NCBI GenBank assembly: GCA_029953675.1
Contig: JAMWBK010000011.1
Coordinates: forward strand, 248,001-312,000
DNA from: Rhodosorus marinus CCMP1338
Lineage: Eukaryota; Plantae; Rhodophyta
Direction: 5' to 3'
DNA length: 64,000 nucleotides
The position numbers and the translations under genes are program-made. The notes below the pieces were generated by a model. That model saw only the letters and a list, made by a program, of their open reading frames with translations. It ran no database searches and had not been told where the DNA came from. The stretch's first letter is position 1; each line of letters opens with the position of its first letter. Below, in pieces: positions 46,058 through 59,445 of this stretch.

Positions 46058-46693
46058 TTAGTAGCTCGGAGCGGGGAACTTCCTGATGAATTCCTCGTTT
46101 GCAATTTCGTCACCGATAAACTTCCCTACGTCCACGTGATGGATTTCGTACTTGGATCCCTTGGGATGGTACAGTTCCGCCGTCTTGTAAGGCTTGCTCG
46201 CGCCTTTTGACAGTGCCGGAAGTCGCACTACAGTCCAATCCAGGTTGTCGTCCTCAGCAAGGATCGTCTCCATCCGAGCAACGTCAATCATCATGTTCAT
46301 CAAGAACAACCTGAAAACTCGGTTGAACATCCACGGAGCTTGTCTATCGTAGTCGATACCAGCCGATGATAGCACTAGAAGACGTTTGATTCCCTGAGCC
46401 TCCATCGCCCTCCTCACGCTACGTACTCCATCACTGTACACCGTCGTGTACTTCCTCGCCGCCACAACACCTCCAGATCCAGTCGCCATCACAACCGCAT
46501 CCGATCCGCTCACACCCTTCTCCATACTAATCCCGTCATCGAAGCTGATCTTCCTCACCTCCACCCCCGCAAACCCAACCATGGTCTCCGGCCTCCTTAC
46601 AGCAGCAATCACCTTCCATCCCTTGCCTATGCAATATTTGCAGATCTCCTGACCACTCGATCCGTTCGCTCCGAATACAGTCACTTGCACCAT
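46058..46693 (-). CDS. Flavin/biliverdin reductase-like protein, tandem copy 2
   Basis: 211-aa ORF; protein identical to copies 3 and 4. Confidence 0.85.
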   Translation of the reverse strand: MVQVTVFGANGSSGQEICKYCIGKGWKVIAAVRRPETMVGFAGVEVRKISFDDGISMEKGVSGSDAVVMATGSGGVVAARKYTTVYSDGVRSVRRAMEAQGIKRLLVLSSAGIDYDRQAPWMFNRVFRLFLMNMMIDVARMETILAEDDNLDWTVVRLPALSKGASKPYKTAELYHPKGSKYEIHHVDVGKFIGDEIANEEFIRKFPAPSY

Positions 46694-47904
46694 CTTTCAA
46701 TAATCAATCAACAACAACCTCACTCAAATCTCTCGCGAAATGCCTGTCTGCTATTCTCCTTATCTCCTCTTTTCCTCAACTTGCTTGTAATGACAGACAT
46801 GCACAAACCACCCCACCAGAGTCATCCAAAGACCTCAATTATATACCCTTCCTCGCACCGATGGACCCCGATTCCCACAGACCATCTCACGTGCTCGTGC
46901 AAAACGGTCGCCCAGCATACCACCCTCATCCCGTGCAGAAATCTACCAAATCGACATTGGTCACCCAAACATCGACCGGAAGATCACCATCAAAATATAT
47001 AACCAAAAACCGAATACGCAATTCTACCAATCAATCAAGCCGTTTGTTGAGTTGGAGAAACAAGGCGTATAATTTGTTATTTTATCAATAGAAATATGTT
47101 CTCGATTTGTCAAAATAAATACTCCAAGTACTGGACGACCAACTTACATACAGAGTGGATTGCATGCTCTTGAATTATAGAATAAAGTGAACAGGAGAGG
47201 TGACATTACACTATATCTGAAAAAAAGAAGTATTTTTTTTGAAGGAAGAGGGAGTTGATTGATGGTGGAATTGTATTTCAAGTTCCATGTTCTTGAGTTC
47301 CCTGAATTGAAAACTGAAAAGTTTTGAACCAGTTTAGTTGGGTAGCTTTGCGGAGTGCCAGCGAATAGGGGCTGTTTCAAAAGGTCACCATGGACCGCTT
47401 CAGATGGTTTAGTCAGTAACAGTGTGCCGCTACAGTAGTGCACATGATGGTATCTAAACGAGTCCAAACCCCCTTTCCCTGGGTACCTTCAATACGAAGG
47501 GAATGTTCAGTTTGACGGGATGTTTTCAGCGATAAATTACGGAGGAATGGAGCCAAATTTATCAGCTCAGGTTAGGTTTGCTCTGTAGTTGTCTAGGATC
47601 ATGCTGTGAGATATGCCGGTCTGTTTGGCAAAGGTTTCCTCAAGCACAGGGTTCACCGCAGTACTGCCGGTATGGTGTGCTTCTTTTTTTTTATTTGAGT
47701 AGAACGTTGTTTAAGAGGTAAATCAGAGCTATTACTGGATCTCAAGATTCGTTGGCGAGTATTTTTTGATAGGGGCAAGCAGAACATTGCGGATTGCACA
47801 AGTTCAATTGTTTTCCACGTTTATTTGAGGTCCGTATTTTTCTGTTCACGATATCTTTGTACAATATACTACGCATGGTGCACTAGTACTACAGTCCAAC
47901 GAAA

Positions 47905-48540
47905 TTAGTAGCTCGGAGCGGGGAACTTCCTGATGAATTCCTCGTTTGCAATTTCGTCACCGATAAACTTCCCGACATCCACGTGATGGATTTCGTACTT
48001 GGATCCCTTGGGATGGTACAGTTCCGCCGTCTTGTAAGGCTTGCTCGCGCCTTTTGACAGTGCCGGAAGTCGCACTACAGTCCAATCCAGGTTGTCGTCC
48101 TCAGCAAGGATCGTCTCCATCCGAGCAACGTCAATCATCATGTTCATCAAGAACAACCTGAAAACTCGGTTGAACATCCACGGAGCTTGTCTATCGTAGT
48201 CGATACCAGCCGATGATAGCACTAGAAGACGTTTGATTCCCTGAGCCTCCATCGCCCTCCTCACGCTACGTACTCCGTCACTGTACACCGTCGTGTACTT
48301 CCTCGCCGCCACAACACCTCCAGATCCAGTCGCCATCACAACCGCATCCGATCCGCTCACACCCTTCTCCATACTAATCCCGTCATCGAAGCTGATCTTC
48401 CTCACCTCCACCCCCGCAAACCCAACCATGGTCTCCGGCCTCCTTACAGCAGCAATCACCTTCCATCCCTTGCCTATGCAATATTTGCAGATCTCCTGAC
48501 CACTCGATCCGTTCGCTCCGAATACAGTCACTTGCACCAT
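47905..48540 (-). CDS. Flavin/biliverdin reductase-like protein, tandem copy 3
   Basis: 211-aa ORF; protein identical to copies 2 and 4. Confidence 0.85.
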   Translation of the reverse strand: MVQVTVFGANGSSGQEICKYCIGKGWKVIAAVRRPETMVGFAGVEVRKISFDDGISMEKGVSGSDAVVMATGSGGVVAARKYTTVYSDGVRSVRRAMEAQGIKRLLVLSSAGIDYDRQAPWMFNRVFRLFLMNMMIDVARMETILAEDDNLDWTVVRLPALSKGASKPYKTAELYHPKGSKYEIHHVDVGKFIGDEIANEEFIRKFPAPSY

Positions 48541-49776
48541 CTTTCAATAATCAATCAACAACAACCTCACTCAAATCTCTCGCGAAATGCCTGTCTGCTA
48601 TTCTCCTTATCTCCTCTTTTCCTCAACTTGCTAGTAATGACAGACATGCACAAACCACCCCACCAGAGTCATCCAAAAACCTCAATTATATACCCTTCCT
48701 CGCACCGATGGACCACGATTCCCACAGGCCATCCTGCGTTCTCGTGCAAAACGGTCGACCAGCATACCACCCTCATCCCAAGCAGAAATCTACCAAATCG
48801 ACATTGGTCACCCAGACATCGACCGGAAGATCACCATCAAAATATATAACCAAAAACCGAATACGCAATTCTACCAATCAATCAAGCCGTTTGTTGAGTT
48901 GGAGAAACAAGGCTTATAATTTGTTATTTTATCAATAGACATACGTTCTCGATTTGTCAAAATAAATACTCCAAGTACTGGACGACCAACTTACATACAG
49001 AGTGGATTGCATGCTCTTGAATTATAGAATAAAGTGAACAGGAGAGGTGACATTACGCTATATCTGAAAAAAAGAAGTATGTTTTTAGGAAGAGGGAGTT
49101 GATTGATGGTGGAATTTTATTTCAAGTTTCATGTTCTTGAGTACATGAATTGGAAACTGAAAAGTTTTGAATCAGTTTAGTCGGGTAGCTTTGCGGAGTG
49201 CCAGCGAATGGGGAGCTGTTTCAAAAGAAGGTCACCATGGACCGCTTCAGATGGTTTAGTCGGTAACAGTGTGCCGCTGCAGTAGTGCACATGATCATAT
49301 CTAAACGAGTCCAAACCCCGTCTCCCTGGGACCTTCAACACGAAGGGAATGTTCGGTCTTTGCCTCCTTGGAGTAAGGGTTTGACGGGATGTTTTTTCAG
49401 CGATAAATTATGGAGGAATAGAGCCGAATGTATCAGCTCAAGTTAGGTTTGCTCTGTAGTTGTCTAGCATTATTCTGTGAGACATGCCGGTCTGTTTAGC
49501 AAAGGCTTTCCTCAAGCACAGGGTTCACCGCAGCCCTGACGGTATGTTGTGCTTCTTTTTTTTTATTTGAGTAGAACGTTGTTTAAGAGGTAAATCAGAG
49601 CTATTACTGGATCTCAAGATTCGTTGGCGAGTATTTTTTGGTAGGGGCAAGCAGAACATTGCGGATTGCACAAGTTCAATTGTTTTCCACGTTTATTTGA
49701 GGTCCGTATTTTTCTGTTCACGATATCTTTTTACAATATATTGCGCATGGTGCACTACTACTACAGTCCAACGAAA

Positions 49777-50412
49777 TTAGTAGCTCGGAGCGGGGAACTT
49801 CCTGATGAATTCCTCGTTTGCAATTTCGTCACCGATAAACTTCCCGACATCCACGTGATGGATTTCGTACTTGGATCCCTTGGGATGGTACAGTTCCGCC
49901 GTCTTGTAAGGCTTGCTCGCGCCTTTTGACAGTGCCGGAAGTCGCACTACAGTCCAATCCAGGTTGTCGTCCTCAGCAAGGATCGTCTCCATCCGAGCAA
50001 CGTCAATCATCATGTTCATCAAGAACAACCTGAAAACTCGGTTGAACATCCACGGAGCTTGTCTATCGTAGTCGATACCAGCCGATGATAGCACTAGAAG
50101 ACGTTTGATTCCCTGAGCCTCCATCGCCCTCCTCACGCTACGTACTCCGTCACTGTACACCGTCGTGTACTTCCTCGCCGCCACAACACCTCCAGATCCA
50201 GTCGCCATCACAACCGCATCCGATCCGCTCACACCCTTCTCCATACTAATCCCGTCATCGAAGCTGATCTTCCTCACCTCCACCCCCGCAAACCCAACCA
50301 TGGTCTCCGGCCTCCTTACAGCAGCAATCACCTTCCATCCCTTGCCTATGCAATATTTGCAGATCTCCTGACCACTCGATCCGTTCGCTCCGAATACAGT
50401 CACTTGCACCAT
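49777..50412 (-). CDS. Flavin/biliverdin reductase-like protein, tandem copy 4
   Basis: 211-aa ORF; protein identical to copies 2 and 3. Confidence 0.85.
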   Translation of the reverse strand: MVQVTVFGANGSSGQEICKYCIGKGWKVIAAVRRPETMVGFAGVEVRKISFDDGISMEKGVSGSDAVVMATGSGGVVAARKYTTVYSDGVRSVRRAMEAQGIKRLLVLSSAGIDYDRQAPWMFNRVFRLFLMNMMIDVARMETILAEDDNLDWTVVRLPALSKGASKPYKTAELYHPKGSKYEIHHVDVGKFIGDEIANEEFIRKFPAPSY

Positions 50413-51146
50413 CTTTCAATAATCAATCAACAACAACCTCACTCAAATCTCTCGCGAAATGCCTGTCTGCTATTCTCCTTATCTCCTCTTTTCCTCAACT
50501 TGCTTGTAATGACAGACATGCACAAACCACCCCACCAGAGTCATCCAAAGAACTCAATTATATACCCTTCCTCGCACCGATGGACCCCGATTCCCACAGA
50601 CCATCTCACGTGCTCATGCAAAACGGTCACCCAGCATACCACCCTCATCCCAAGCAGAAATCTACCATATCGACATTGGTCACCCAGACATCGTCCATAG
50701 CGATCATAAGCAAACGCCATTACAAACCTATCAAAAACTAAAACAAATTCTATTTCCAATCTAACCATTCAAGACTCTAAATGGATCCGTTATCCAATAG
50801 AAATGTAGAAGCTTTCCACGGGAATCCCAGTTAAGCCAATAATAAATCAATAAATATCGGACAGTCGTCGTTTCGTTCACGATGGCTGGCCGACCACATC
50901 CTTATTGATTGGCCCAAAAAGCTAATTATTTGGGCTCAAATGTAAATTACAAAAGCGGAATTGAAATATGAAAAGATTTAGAATGGTTCGCGAAATCCAA
51001 AGATCTGTTTGCGCAATTTGATGTTAAGAATGAATTTGTTTAGTGGGAGACTGAAGAAATAACCCCGAGGGGAGAAAAAAGACTAGGCGCGGCGAAGATC
51101 GCGTACCTCCAACATCCAAGCAGCGTTCATACGCCACAGCAAGAAA

Positions 51147-52478
51147 CTAAAACGGGTAAACAACGCCGACAGCGGTCAGGGCGTTCGCGGAACACTTCCC
51201 GAAGCCAACGAGAAGTCGGAATCCAGAAACCCAAAGCACGCAAAGCAGGCGCTGGGGGTTCCGCGCTCTCCCCTTGTACCGTTGGAGTACGTTGTCTGGC
51301 TTGTAGGTCTCCGAGTCTGCTCTCCAGGTATCGTGTATCGCTGCGAGAGTGTTGAACGAGAGTTGACTTCTGCGAAGCCTCGCGCGGATCCGGATAGTCT
51401 GTTCAATGGCCTTTTTCAGGGTCTGGGCCCCGATGTTCGCTGGGGCAATGTGCTGACGTTCATTATAGCCCAACAGGTTGTCTGTATCCAGTGCCTGTCC
51501 CGTGTAGAGAGTCACTTACCGATCGGGGTGTCTCTGGGTGAACGATCCGAAAATCCCCGTCCTGAAAACGCCCCAAGAGAGGGCGCTTTGTAGAATCGGA
51601 ATCGCGTCCGGATGGCATAGTAAGCACGCGTGGGAAGCGATGAAGTCCACGTGCGCCACATAAGAGCTCGGACTCCCCAATGCTCTGCAAAGAACCGTGG
51701 TGAAATCCGATGGGGCTACCTCGTCCAGCCGTGGCGGTCTTACATTCCTCAGGGTCGCCAGTGCCGGTTTGGTCTCAGGTCCCCAGGAGGACCCTCCCAC
51801 TGTGGCGTGCAGCTGTCGCAGTGGGGCCTGCTGGGTCTGTGGGCCTGGGCGTCCTGCTGGTCGCAGTTGAGCCCCTGATGCTCGAGCTGGAGTATTTTCG
51901 ACAGTGCGCTGAGCGTACGTTGGCCGTGTGCTGCTGGTCCCGATGACAGGGAAGGCCGTGGCATAGTCCGCTGAGGCTAGGACACCTGTCCCCTCCGGAA
52001 GTTGGTTGTTGATCGATGCTGGCACATATGGATTGACTGCCCCTGTCCGCGCGTGCTGCTGCGGGGGTTGAGGCGAGGTTGTAGTGACTGGTCCACCGTG
52101 CCACATTTGCGGTTTTTGGGCTAGCTCGTTGAGACGTGCTGTCACTCCTTGCATTTCTTTAGCACAATCTATCCGCGAGTAAAGGTTGAAGACTGCCTAG
52201 TAAAAGTCGACGATGTCAGTCTCGCCAATTCCCAGGGCTTGGTAGCACCGGTCGTAGCTGTGCAGCCGGTGGAGAAAGGCGGCAGCTGGGTCGGCTGCCC
52301 CCTGCCCCTCTGCTCTGTTTTCTGCATTCATCTCTGCGTCCTGTTCTGCTCCGGTATGCTGGTGCTGCTGCTGCTGCCGCCGCTGCTGCTCGTTCTCCAT
52401 TTCCCGTGTACCCGAGGGGTGTGGGCGCGGGATCACAAGAGGTTCGGGGTACGGCCCGCGTACCTCCTTCACAATCAT
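51147..52478 (-). pseudogene. Gag-like retroelement relic: one 444-codon frame broken by two in-frame stops
   Basis: ORFs 52197-52478, 51516-52154 and 51147-51515 are collinear in one frame, separated only by a TAG and a TAA. The product is Q/P-rich with VRPPRLDEVAPSDF. The gag assignment is by resemblance only. Confidence 0.45.
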
Positions 52479-52664
52479 ACGTGTAACTGCTTATAAACTT
52501 TTACCGTTGTTTTCCACAAATAAGGCCGTCCAAAATCTTCTCTCTTGTAAAGAACTGCAAGGAGTGACAGCACGTCTCAACGAGCTAGCCCAAAAACCAC
52601 ACATGTGGCACGGTGGACCAGTCACTACAACCTCGCCTCAACCCCCGTAGCAGCACCCGCGGAC
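52045..52664. repeat. Inverted repeat with 117-bp arms and 386-bp spacer
   Basis: 52548-52664 is the reverse complement of 52045-52161 with only a few mismatches. Confidence 0.9.
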
Positions 52665-54204
52665 GGCGGCGGTCAATACCATATCCTCATCTGTTCGACT
52701 CCGCAAAAGTCTCGCCCGAATGCAAACAAATTGATTAAATTAGTCACAGTGTCACCGAAAACCTTCTCAGCCGAGTTGATTTGGTCTAGAGGGACAGTAG
52801 GTCTTCAAAACTTTGCCAAACATCCTCAATAACCCATACAAATACAAGTAAGGGTAGCTCCTCCACCTGACCAATAACACAAACCATTTACCAGAAGAGC
52901 CCCTCTACAACTTCTCAAAAACTTAGTTTCCTTCAATACAAAAAATCTCGTCCTCTTCCACAGCTTCTGCAAGACCTGGAAAGGCCTTCACACCCACTCT
53001 TCCTACACCATCCTCGTTCCATCCTTATAGATAGATCCATTAAGCCATCCACAAATCCATTTCTAAATCGATCAAAAAATGCACTATCCGCATGACCCTC
53101 GAAAACGTGGTCATTTCGTTGGCCAGATTCCGTTGGCGAATGATACACGCTCGTCCAAAGTTTAAGATTCCGTTCAGAACAGATTCATGAAAACATTTGC
53201 TTGGCCAAAAGTAGTTGCCGAATGTCCTTTGTTTTCTTTATCCGAACCCGCTTTTTGCGTCCAGCAACGGCGATATTGAAAAACACAAGAAAATGATGAA
53301 ATTTTTGAGACCAAATTTCACCTTTCGAATGATCCAAAAAAAAATTTAACCATTTGCAAAACAGGGGCAGATAGGGTCATTTTTCAGGCCAAGCTCGTTT
53401 GGCTGATGATACCGCTTTTGCTTTATTCGCTCAATTTTTCTCACGTCTGAAAGACGTCAGTTCCAACGTTAAGTTCTAAACACCTGGAAAAGCGTCTTTT
53501 TTTGAGCTGTTCACAGACGAGCGTTTGCTCCCCGCCCTTCCTCATCAGTTAGCAAGCGCTTTAGGAAGGTACCTGCAGAGGAGGTTGGTCAACACACAGT
53601 CCTCTCTCGAATGAGTTGTGAGGGAAGACGATTCGGCTGAGACAGTTGAATTCCACCTCCCCGCTTCCATTATGTAAATGGGGTCAGAACTTGGAACTGT
53701 TAGACTCTTTGTGTAGCTGGTGTCTCCTCGAGGTAGTTGTCCATTTTCTGCAGCTCTACTGTGGTGACTTTCATACGACTGGGTCGGCCCGATCTTCTTG
53801 TGGTACACCCCATTCCAAAGAGATTGTGCGATAACCGACCTATTCCGCAATTACCTTGATCGTCAACAACCCTTGCCGGTGGCTAGAGTTTGGATGCTAA
53901 GAGGCGAGTCGCGGACCTCGTGACTTTTAAAAAAAATAAAAATCATGAATGGTGTAGGAGCACGTGACTTGACTTGGCGATTCCACATCCTCTGGAGAAT
54001 CGCGAATTGGATCTCGACCGTGGTGTCTCTGATAAATGCATTCGTCTTGTCTTGGCGTCAATCAGCGCTCGTGTAGAAGGGACTCTCTCTCTCATGAAGC
54101 ACTACAAATGGCAAAGTCCACTGCGTTAAGCAACTCCTCACTTGAGGGAGTGTGTATGCAAGAGAATAAGCGGATCTGAAGAAAACAATTCCACTTGCAC
54201 GTGG

Positions 54205-54910
54205 TCAAGCGGAGGACATTAGAAAGTAGAAGTTTGCGGGCAGCACTTGCATGAACTGGAGACGAGCGCTCTCTGAACCGTCTTTAGATCGGTTTAACTG
54301 GAGGCTAAGGCTCCGCGGCCACCTTAGCCTCCACTTCAATCGATCTGTCTGTGATAAACCTGATATGCAAACCGTGGAACTTCCAAATTGTAGCATAGGA
54401 TGACAACGCTCCCTCCCAATTGTACAAAAGCGGAAAGCAGCAGTGTATTAGCTATCACCTTGCAATCGCGCAATACACGACATTAACCAGCCTGCGCTTG
54501 GGCAAGACACGGTCATGGAGAGAACTCCCCCAAGCCTCCCCCCTCTTCCCAAAAAAGATCACCAGTTTGTTCTGGGTGGTGATCGCGGCTATGAAAGTCT
54601 TGTCGAATCTTGCTCTTGGCCGTGGAAGATTGCTTGATACCAATCCCACAAACTCAATGGTGCAAAAATTGGAGAGCTCCAGCGGCGTTGAGAGTAGGTT
54701 CCAAAGTATGGCCGCCAAAGCTGGATTCTCCACGATTCCGGTCGACACCGTTGAGCGCTTCAGGTATAGGATACTGAGCACGACGTCCGCATCCTCCTCG
54801 AACAGAACATCGAAGAAACTCAATGCTGTGACATCAGCCGCGATGAGCTCATCCATCCCCGAAGCAGTCGCCCAAACCGATGCTCCGTTCTGAAAACACG
54901 GCGTTAGCAT
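54205..54910 (-). CDS. Hypothetical multi-exon protein
   Basis: Protein-like ORF 54455-54922 (MLTPCFQNGASVW...FDVLFEEDADVVLSILYLK) and a possible further exon (TDRLKWRLRWPRSL). No family recognised. Confidence 0.35.
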
Positions 54911-55289
54911 CTTCCCATTCACCGAAAAACACCTACCCCTCTATCTCCAGCCAACTCCGACAAACGACTCAGCTTTCCTCATTGCTGCCAGGTTACAGTA
55001 GAGTCGACCTGAAAGTCTTGAATGTGACCATCATCGCTTAGCAGCAAGTGAGCGACTGTCCTGGGCAGTCGCTATCTACACCACCAGTAAAGCAAAAACA
55101 GTCAATGACAAGCCGTCTGACACTCGCTCGTCAACGGTGGCCGTAATGGCGGTGAAGTTTGCTGTCATGGAATGACGTAGAACCGAGGTGGAGGAGGGCG
55201 AGGGGGGTGCTTTCGAACTGTCGCGAAGAAAAGTTGTGGGAAAAAGTCTGTGAAAAGATTATTTAAAGAACGCTTTTGGTATTTCATCG

Positions 55290-58200
55290 ATGGAGGTGGA
55301 CGAGGTGGAGAAGCTTCTTCAACTGGCCCTAACGCCAGATTCCAAAGCGATTCAGGCAGCGGAGGAGAAGCTCAAGGAGCTAACCAAGACATCCGGAGGA
55401 TGTGGTCTGCTGTTACAGGTCTTACGGGGATCTAGAAACTCGTCCACGCGGCAGTTGGCGGCGACGCTTCTCAGACGGCACTTCCCGAAGGTTTGGGCTG
55501 AGGTGCCAGCGGCGGACCGGACGGCAGTGAAGGCTGGACTTGTGGATCTACTGGCCAGAGATGAGGATGATGAAGTAAGGAGCGCAATCAGTATTTTAGC
55601 TGCCGCGTTGACGTCGTCGGAGCCTTGGCCAGAGCTTCCGCGATACGCGCTTCAGATGATCGAGCCAGCGCAGAAAGATTCTACGAGGAAGATGGGATTC
55701 TCGATGCTGAAAATGCTCCTGGAGTCAGCTGGGCCTGACAACTTTCCGTTGCCGCTGGTGCTCCCGGCCGCGGCTTTCGCGATCAGCTCAGATCCGAGCG
55801 TTCAAGTGAGGATAAACGCACTTCATACTTACGGATCACTTCTAATCACGTTCCCAGACGACGCTGGTAAGCGAGCAGCTAATCATGATACGCTATCCAC
55901 CGACAAACTGAAATGACGAAATCACTTTTGCACACGGTCAGAGCTACTCAGCTCACTGCCAAAGGCTATAGAGGCTTCGCGAGGTCTGTTTGAGAATGCA
56001 AGAGTTAGTGGAACAGTGTCCGAAGACGAGCTGGACTTGGTTGCGTGCTCCATTTTCGAGATATTTGCCGAGATTCTCGAACTCTGGACGACGAAAGTCC
56101 GCGAAATATTTCCTATGATGCTGAGCTTTTCCCTCGAAGAGGCTCTTCGTCCTCATCCGAGGGACTCCATGTTACCGGCGTCACGAGAAGCTGCGACCGA
56201 ATTCGTCGCGACTTGCGTCACTCTCTTTCCGAAGGCCGTTCGGCGAGCTACGATGAGCGACCAGTGTATTGACGCTTCGTTTCAGTTAATGGTCGAGTCG
56301 GAAGGAGGTAGGTAGCGCAGCTATTCCTTCCCATTGCAAACCTTTGAAACCCCTCTCTGAAACAAGTTAGGCGTTTTCTCTAGACGCTGCATCTGCTTTT
56401 GAGGGTGACCTTGACGACGACGAAACAACGGCACTGATGCTTGGTGTACGGTTGCTTGATGCAGTAGCGTCAAAGCTACCTTCAAAGGATGTTTACAGCC
56501 GGGGTATGAACGCAGTCCAGAAGCTTGCCGGGTCCACCATGCCCTATCAGAGGGCGATCGCGTACCGGTCCATGGCAATTATGGTTGATGGATGTCGAAA
56601 CGAGGTATTCTTGCACTCCCCCCCCCGGCCCCAGTCTGTAACGAGCAAACACATGACCCTGGGATTCTGTTGATGCCCCACCCCCAAGTTCACCACACAG
56701 GCCAAACAGTTGATTTCGGCGCTCTCGAATGCTTACAAAGGCGATTCAGAAGCGCAGGTCCGTGCCAGCGCGATGAGATCGATCGGGGCTCTAGTCGAAG
56801 GTCTGGAGATTTACGAACTAGATGAGAAGACGCTTAGGGAGGTGCGAGAGATGAGCCTCGAAACATCGATTCTTGGGATAAAGGATCCGGACATCAGAGT
56901 CCGAAAGATCGCGTGCGCCAGCTTGGAGGCGGCGCTTACTGCGTACGCTGACGAAGGCGACATTGCTCCAAGAGTGGATGACATAACCAACGTCCTTTCC
57001 CAAGCCGGAATCCCGGAGGTTTGCCAAGCTCAAGAGGTACTAAGTCTTGGGCTCAGAATTGGTTGATTGAAGGAAAACTCTCACCCGTGCTGTAGGAGGC
57101 CGTGTCAGCAGCTGCTGCTCTGGCTGATGTTGCAGGGGACAGCTTTACTAGGTCCCCAGCTTTCCAAGGAGTCGTTCTGGCAATCTTGGAGTTGATGAGT
57201 TACGAAGATGAAGAGCGTATCCCCGCCAGGGCTGTGGCCACTGCATCTGCAGGGTCAATTCTCAAAGTAATCCGTGCTGATGATCCGAAGAAAGTGGAAC
57301 TGATGAACATGATCGGAACCAAAGCCCTTCAGGGGTACTCAATTGACAGCCCCGAGCTGAGGGAGCACACGCACATATTGTTCGCTCGCCTTGCGGAGAC
57401 GCTTGGCTCGGCTGTCGTAAGCAACATGCGAATCCGTCTTCCCATCTTCTTGACAGTTTGCTTGGAGTACGTGGCTTAACATGTTTCTTTCCCGTCACAC
57501 GTGTAAGACTGCGGTGTTTGCCCGTGAGGTTATCGTGGAAGCTCTTAAGTCACTGGAAAGAGACGATGGCGTCTTTTTAAACGCGGATGGGCAGGAAATT
57601 TCCCCAGACGATTTGGATTTGGAGGATTTCGACGAAGATGAGGGGGGCGGTCCGACAGCGTTTAGCGTGAGGACGGCCCTAATGGACGAGAAAATCGCCG
57701 CAGCGGAGGTGCGTGTGGAGGTCTGGAGGTTTCCCTCACGGGAGGCGTCGCACTGACAGGAGTTTCCCGTTTCTAGGCAATTGGGGCTATCGCCATGACG
57801 GCATCGTCAGAGGATTTCGTCGCCCCGGATCCTCAGGGGCTGACGACTGCCTTCACCAAAGCCATGGATGCCGTCGATCAATACCATGGCTACTATCATG
57901 AGCTTATCCGAGCGTCGACAATCCGACTGGCGGCTAGGATTGCCGTTAGTTCGAAGGGGTCGTTCTTTCAGAATCGAGATGAAATGAGGAAGCGGGCTCT
58001 TGAGAGTACGCTTTCCTCTGTTCAGGACTTTATTCAAAATGATGACGATATACAGGTGATTTGCAACAGTCATCCAGAAGTCTCAATGTATGTGTGCATC
58101 CGTTGTTCGGATCTTAAGACACAACCCATGGCTTTCTCAGGTCGTCGCCGCCGCGTTGGACAGTATTTGTATCATTTGCGATGGACTTGGTCCGGAGGCC

Positions 58201-59445
58201 ATCGAGCCATTCCGCGAAGGAATTAACTTAAGTGTGAAGAGTATACTGGACGGGACAGCCCCAGTCTGTAACGCTGATTTTGAGGCAGACGATCAGGTTC
58301 ACTACGAGGAGGAGGTTGATGGTAAGGGAGAAAACAGCCCCCCGACGCGTCATATAATGGAACTGTCAAAACTCACTCCAATTCCACAACTGCGTACAGA
58401 GCGAAGGGATTTCCTCGTGGACTCTCTCATGGAGGTTTTCGTGAGCCTCTGCAAGGCATACCGAGCCTTTTACGTCAAGGACTTTGCCGCTATGCTTCCG
58501 TTAATTATGGAGCGCTTTTGCAAGAAGAATAATCCACCTGCTGACTTCAGTGCGGCACTCGGAGGAATTGCTGAGAGCTTCAACTACCTTCATTTTGGAA
58601 AGCCCATGGTACCAGCTGGACTCACAGTTGATCAATTGGCCATGGACACGATGGCGGCGGACTCTCTCGCGCCGCAAGTGATTCCAACCGCACTTTTGGG
58701 GATGAAAGAGAAGGAGCATTCCGACATTCGGCGCAATTCGGTTTTCTTAATCGGTACGAAAGGAATGAACAAGAACCCTGCACGTAGGTGGAGATGAAGG
58801 CACTGACAGAGAACGGGGTTGATTTGATTTCAGGTGTAATCATGCATCGATCCAGCAAGTCGGGATTCATATGGGGACACTTTGAGGGGATAGTGCGGGA
58901 GATTGCGAGCTTGTTCGATCAAAATGTCGAACAAGAGAGATCTGTAGTAGACAACGCCTGCGGTTGTCTCGGGAGAATACTCGCATCCGCGCATTGTCCA
59001 CTTTCAGATTCGGACGTCGGCGGGTTTGTAGAAATGATGCTCACCCCGGTGCCTCTGACGACTGATCTAAGCGAGAATTTTTCCGTAGTCCGCGGTTTAC
59101 TTAATATCGTCGGAAGAGGGGACGCTGGCTGGTCTGTAGTTGTTCGCAACGCTGCAAAAGTGGCAGAGGTCGCTGCAAGAAGCGTTCTTATGCACACTGA
59201 TAAGACGAGGGAGGTATGTCAAAAGTCCAGCATCTTAGCATTGCCACTTTGAAGCCTTCTCTAAACTCCAATCGTGGCCTAACTCACAGGTAGCCGATGC
59301 TATGGCCGAGCTGAATGCGGAGGAGATCGGTCAGACCCGACAATTACTCATGGAGATTGCATCGCGCGTTGGGAACAATGTATTGGATTCCACAACTCTC
59401 AGCGCAGACGAGAAGCAATCCCTTGCGGAAGTTTTCCGCGGATAG
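55290..59445 (+). CDS. IPO4: Importin-4 / karyopherin-beta (HEAT repeats), multi-exon
   Basis: IBN_N-like start (LALTPDSKAIQAAEEKLK...RQLAATLLRRH), HEAT exons, acidic loop DDLDLEDFDEDE...FSVRTALMDEKIAA, DNACGCLGR. Last exon ends ...AEVFRG* at 59445. Confidence 0.85.

Larger units (their letters stand above)
45944..50700. repeat. Recent tandem segmental duplication, unit ~1.85 kb (about 2.6 units)
   Basis: Gene spacing is 1847 and 1872 bp. Near-identical promoter and spacer sequence is repeated along with the gene. Confidence 0.9.

Noticed and set aside
54300-54332. 11-bp GC-rich hairpin GGAGGCTAAGG/CCTTAGCCTCC
   Set aside because: It is short, lies inside a putative exon and has no other support, so it is compatible with chance.
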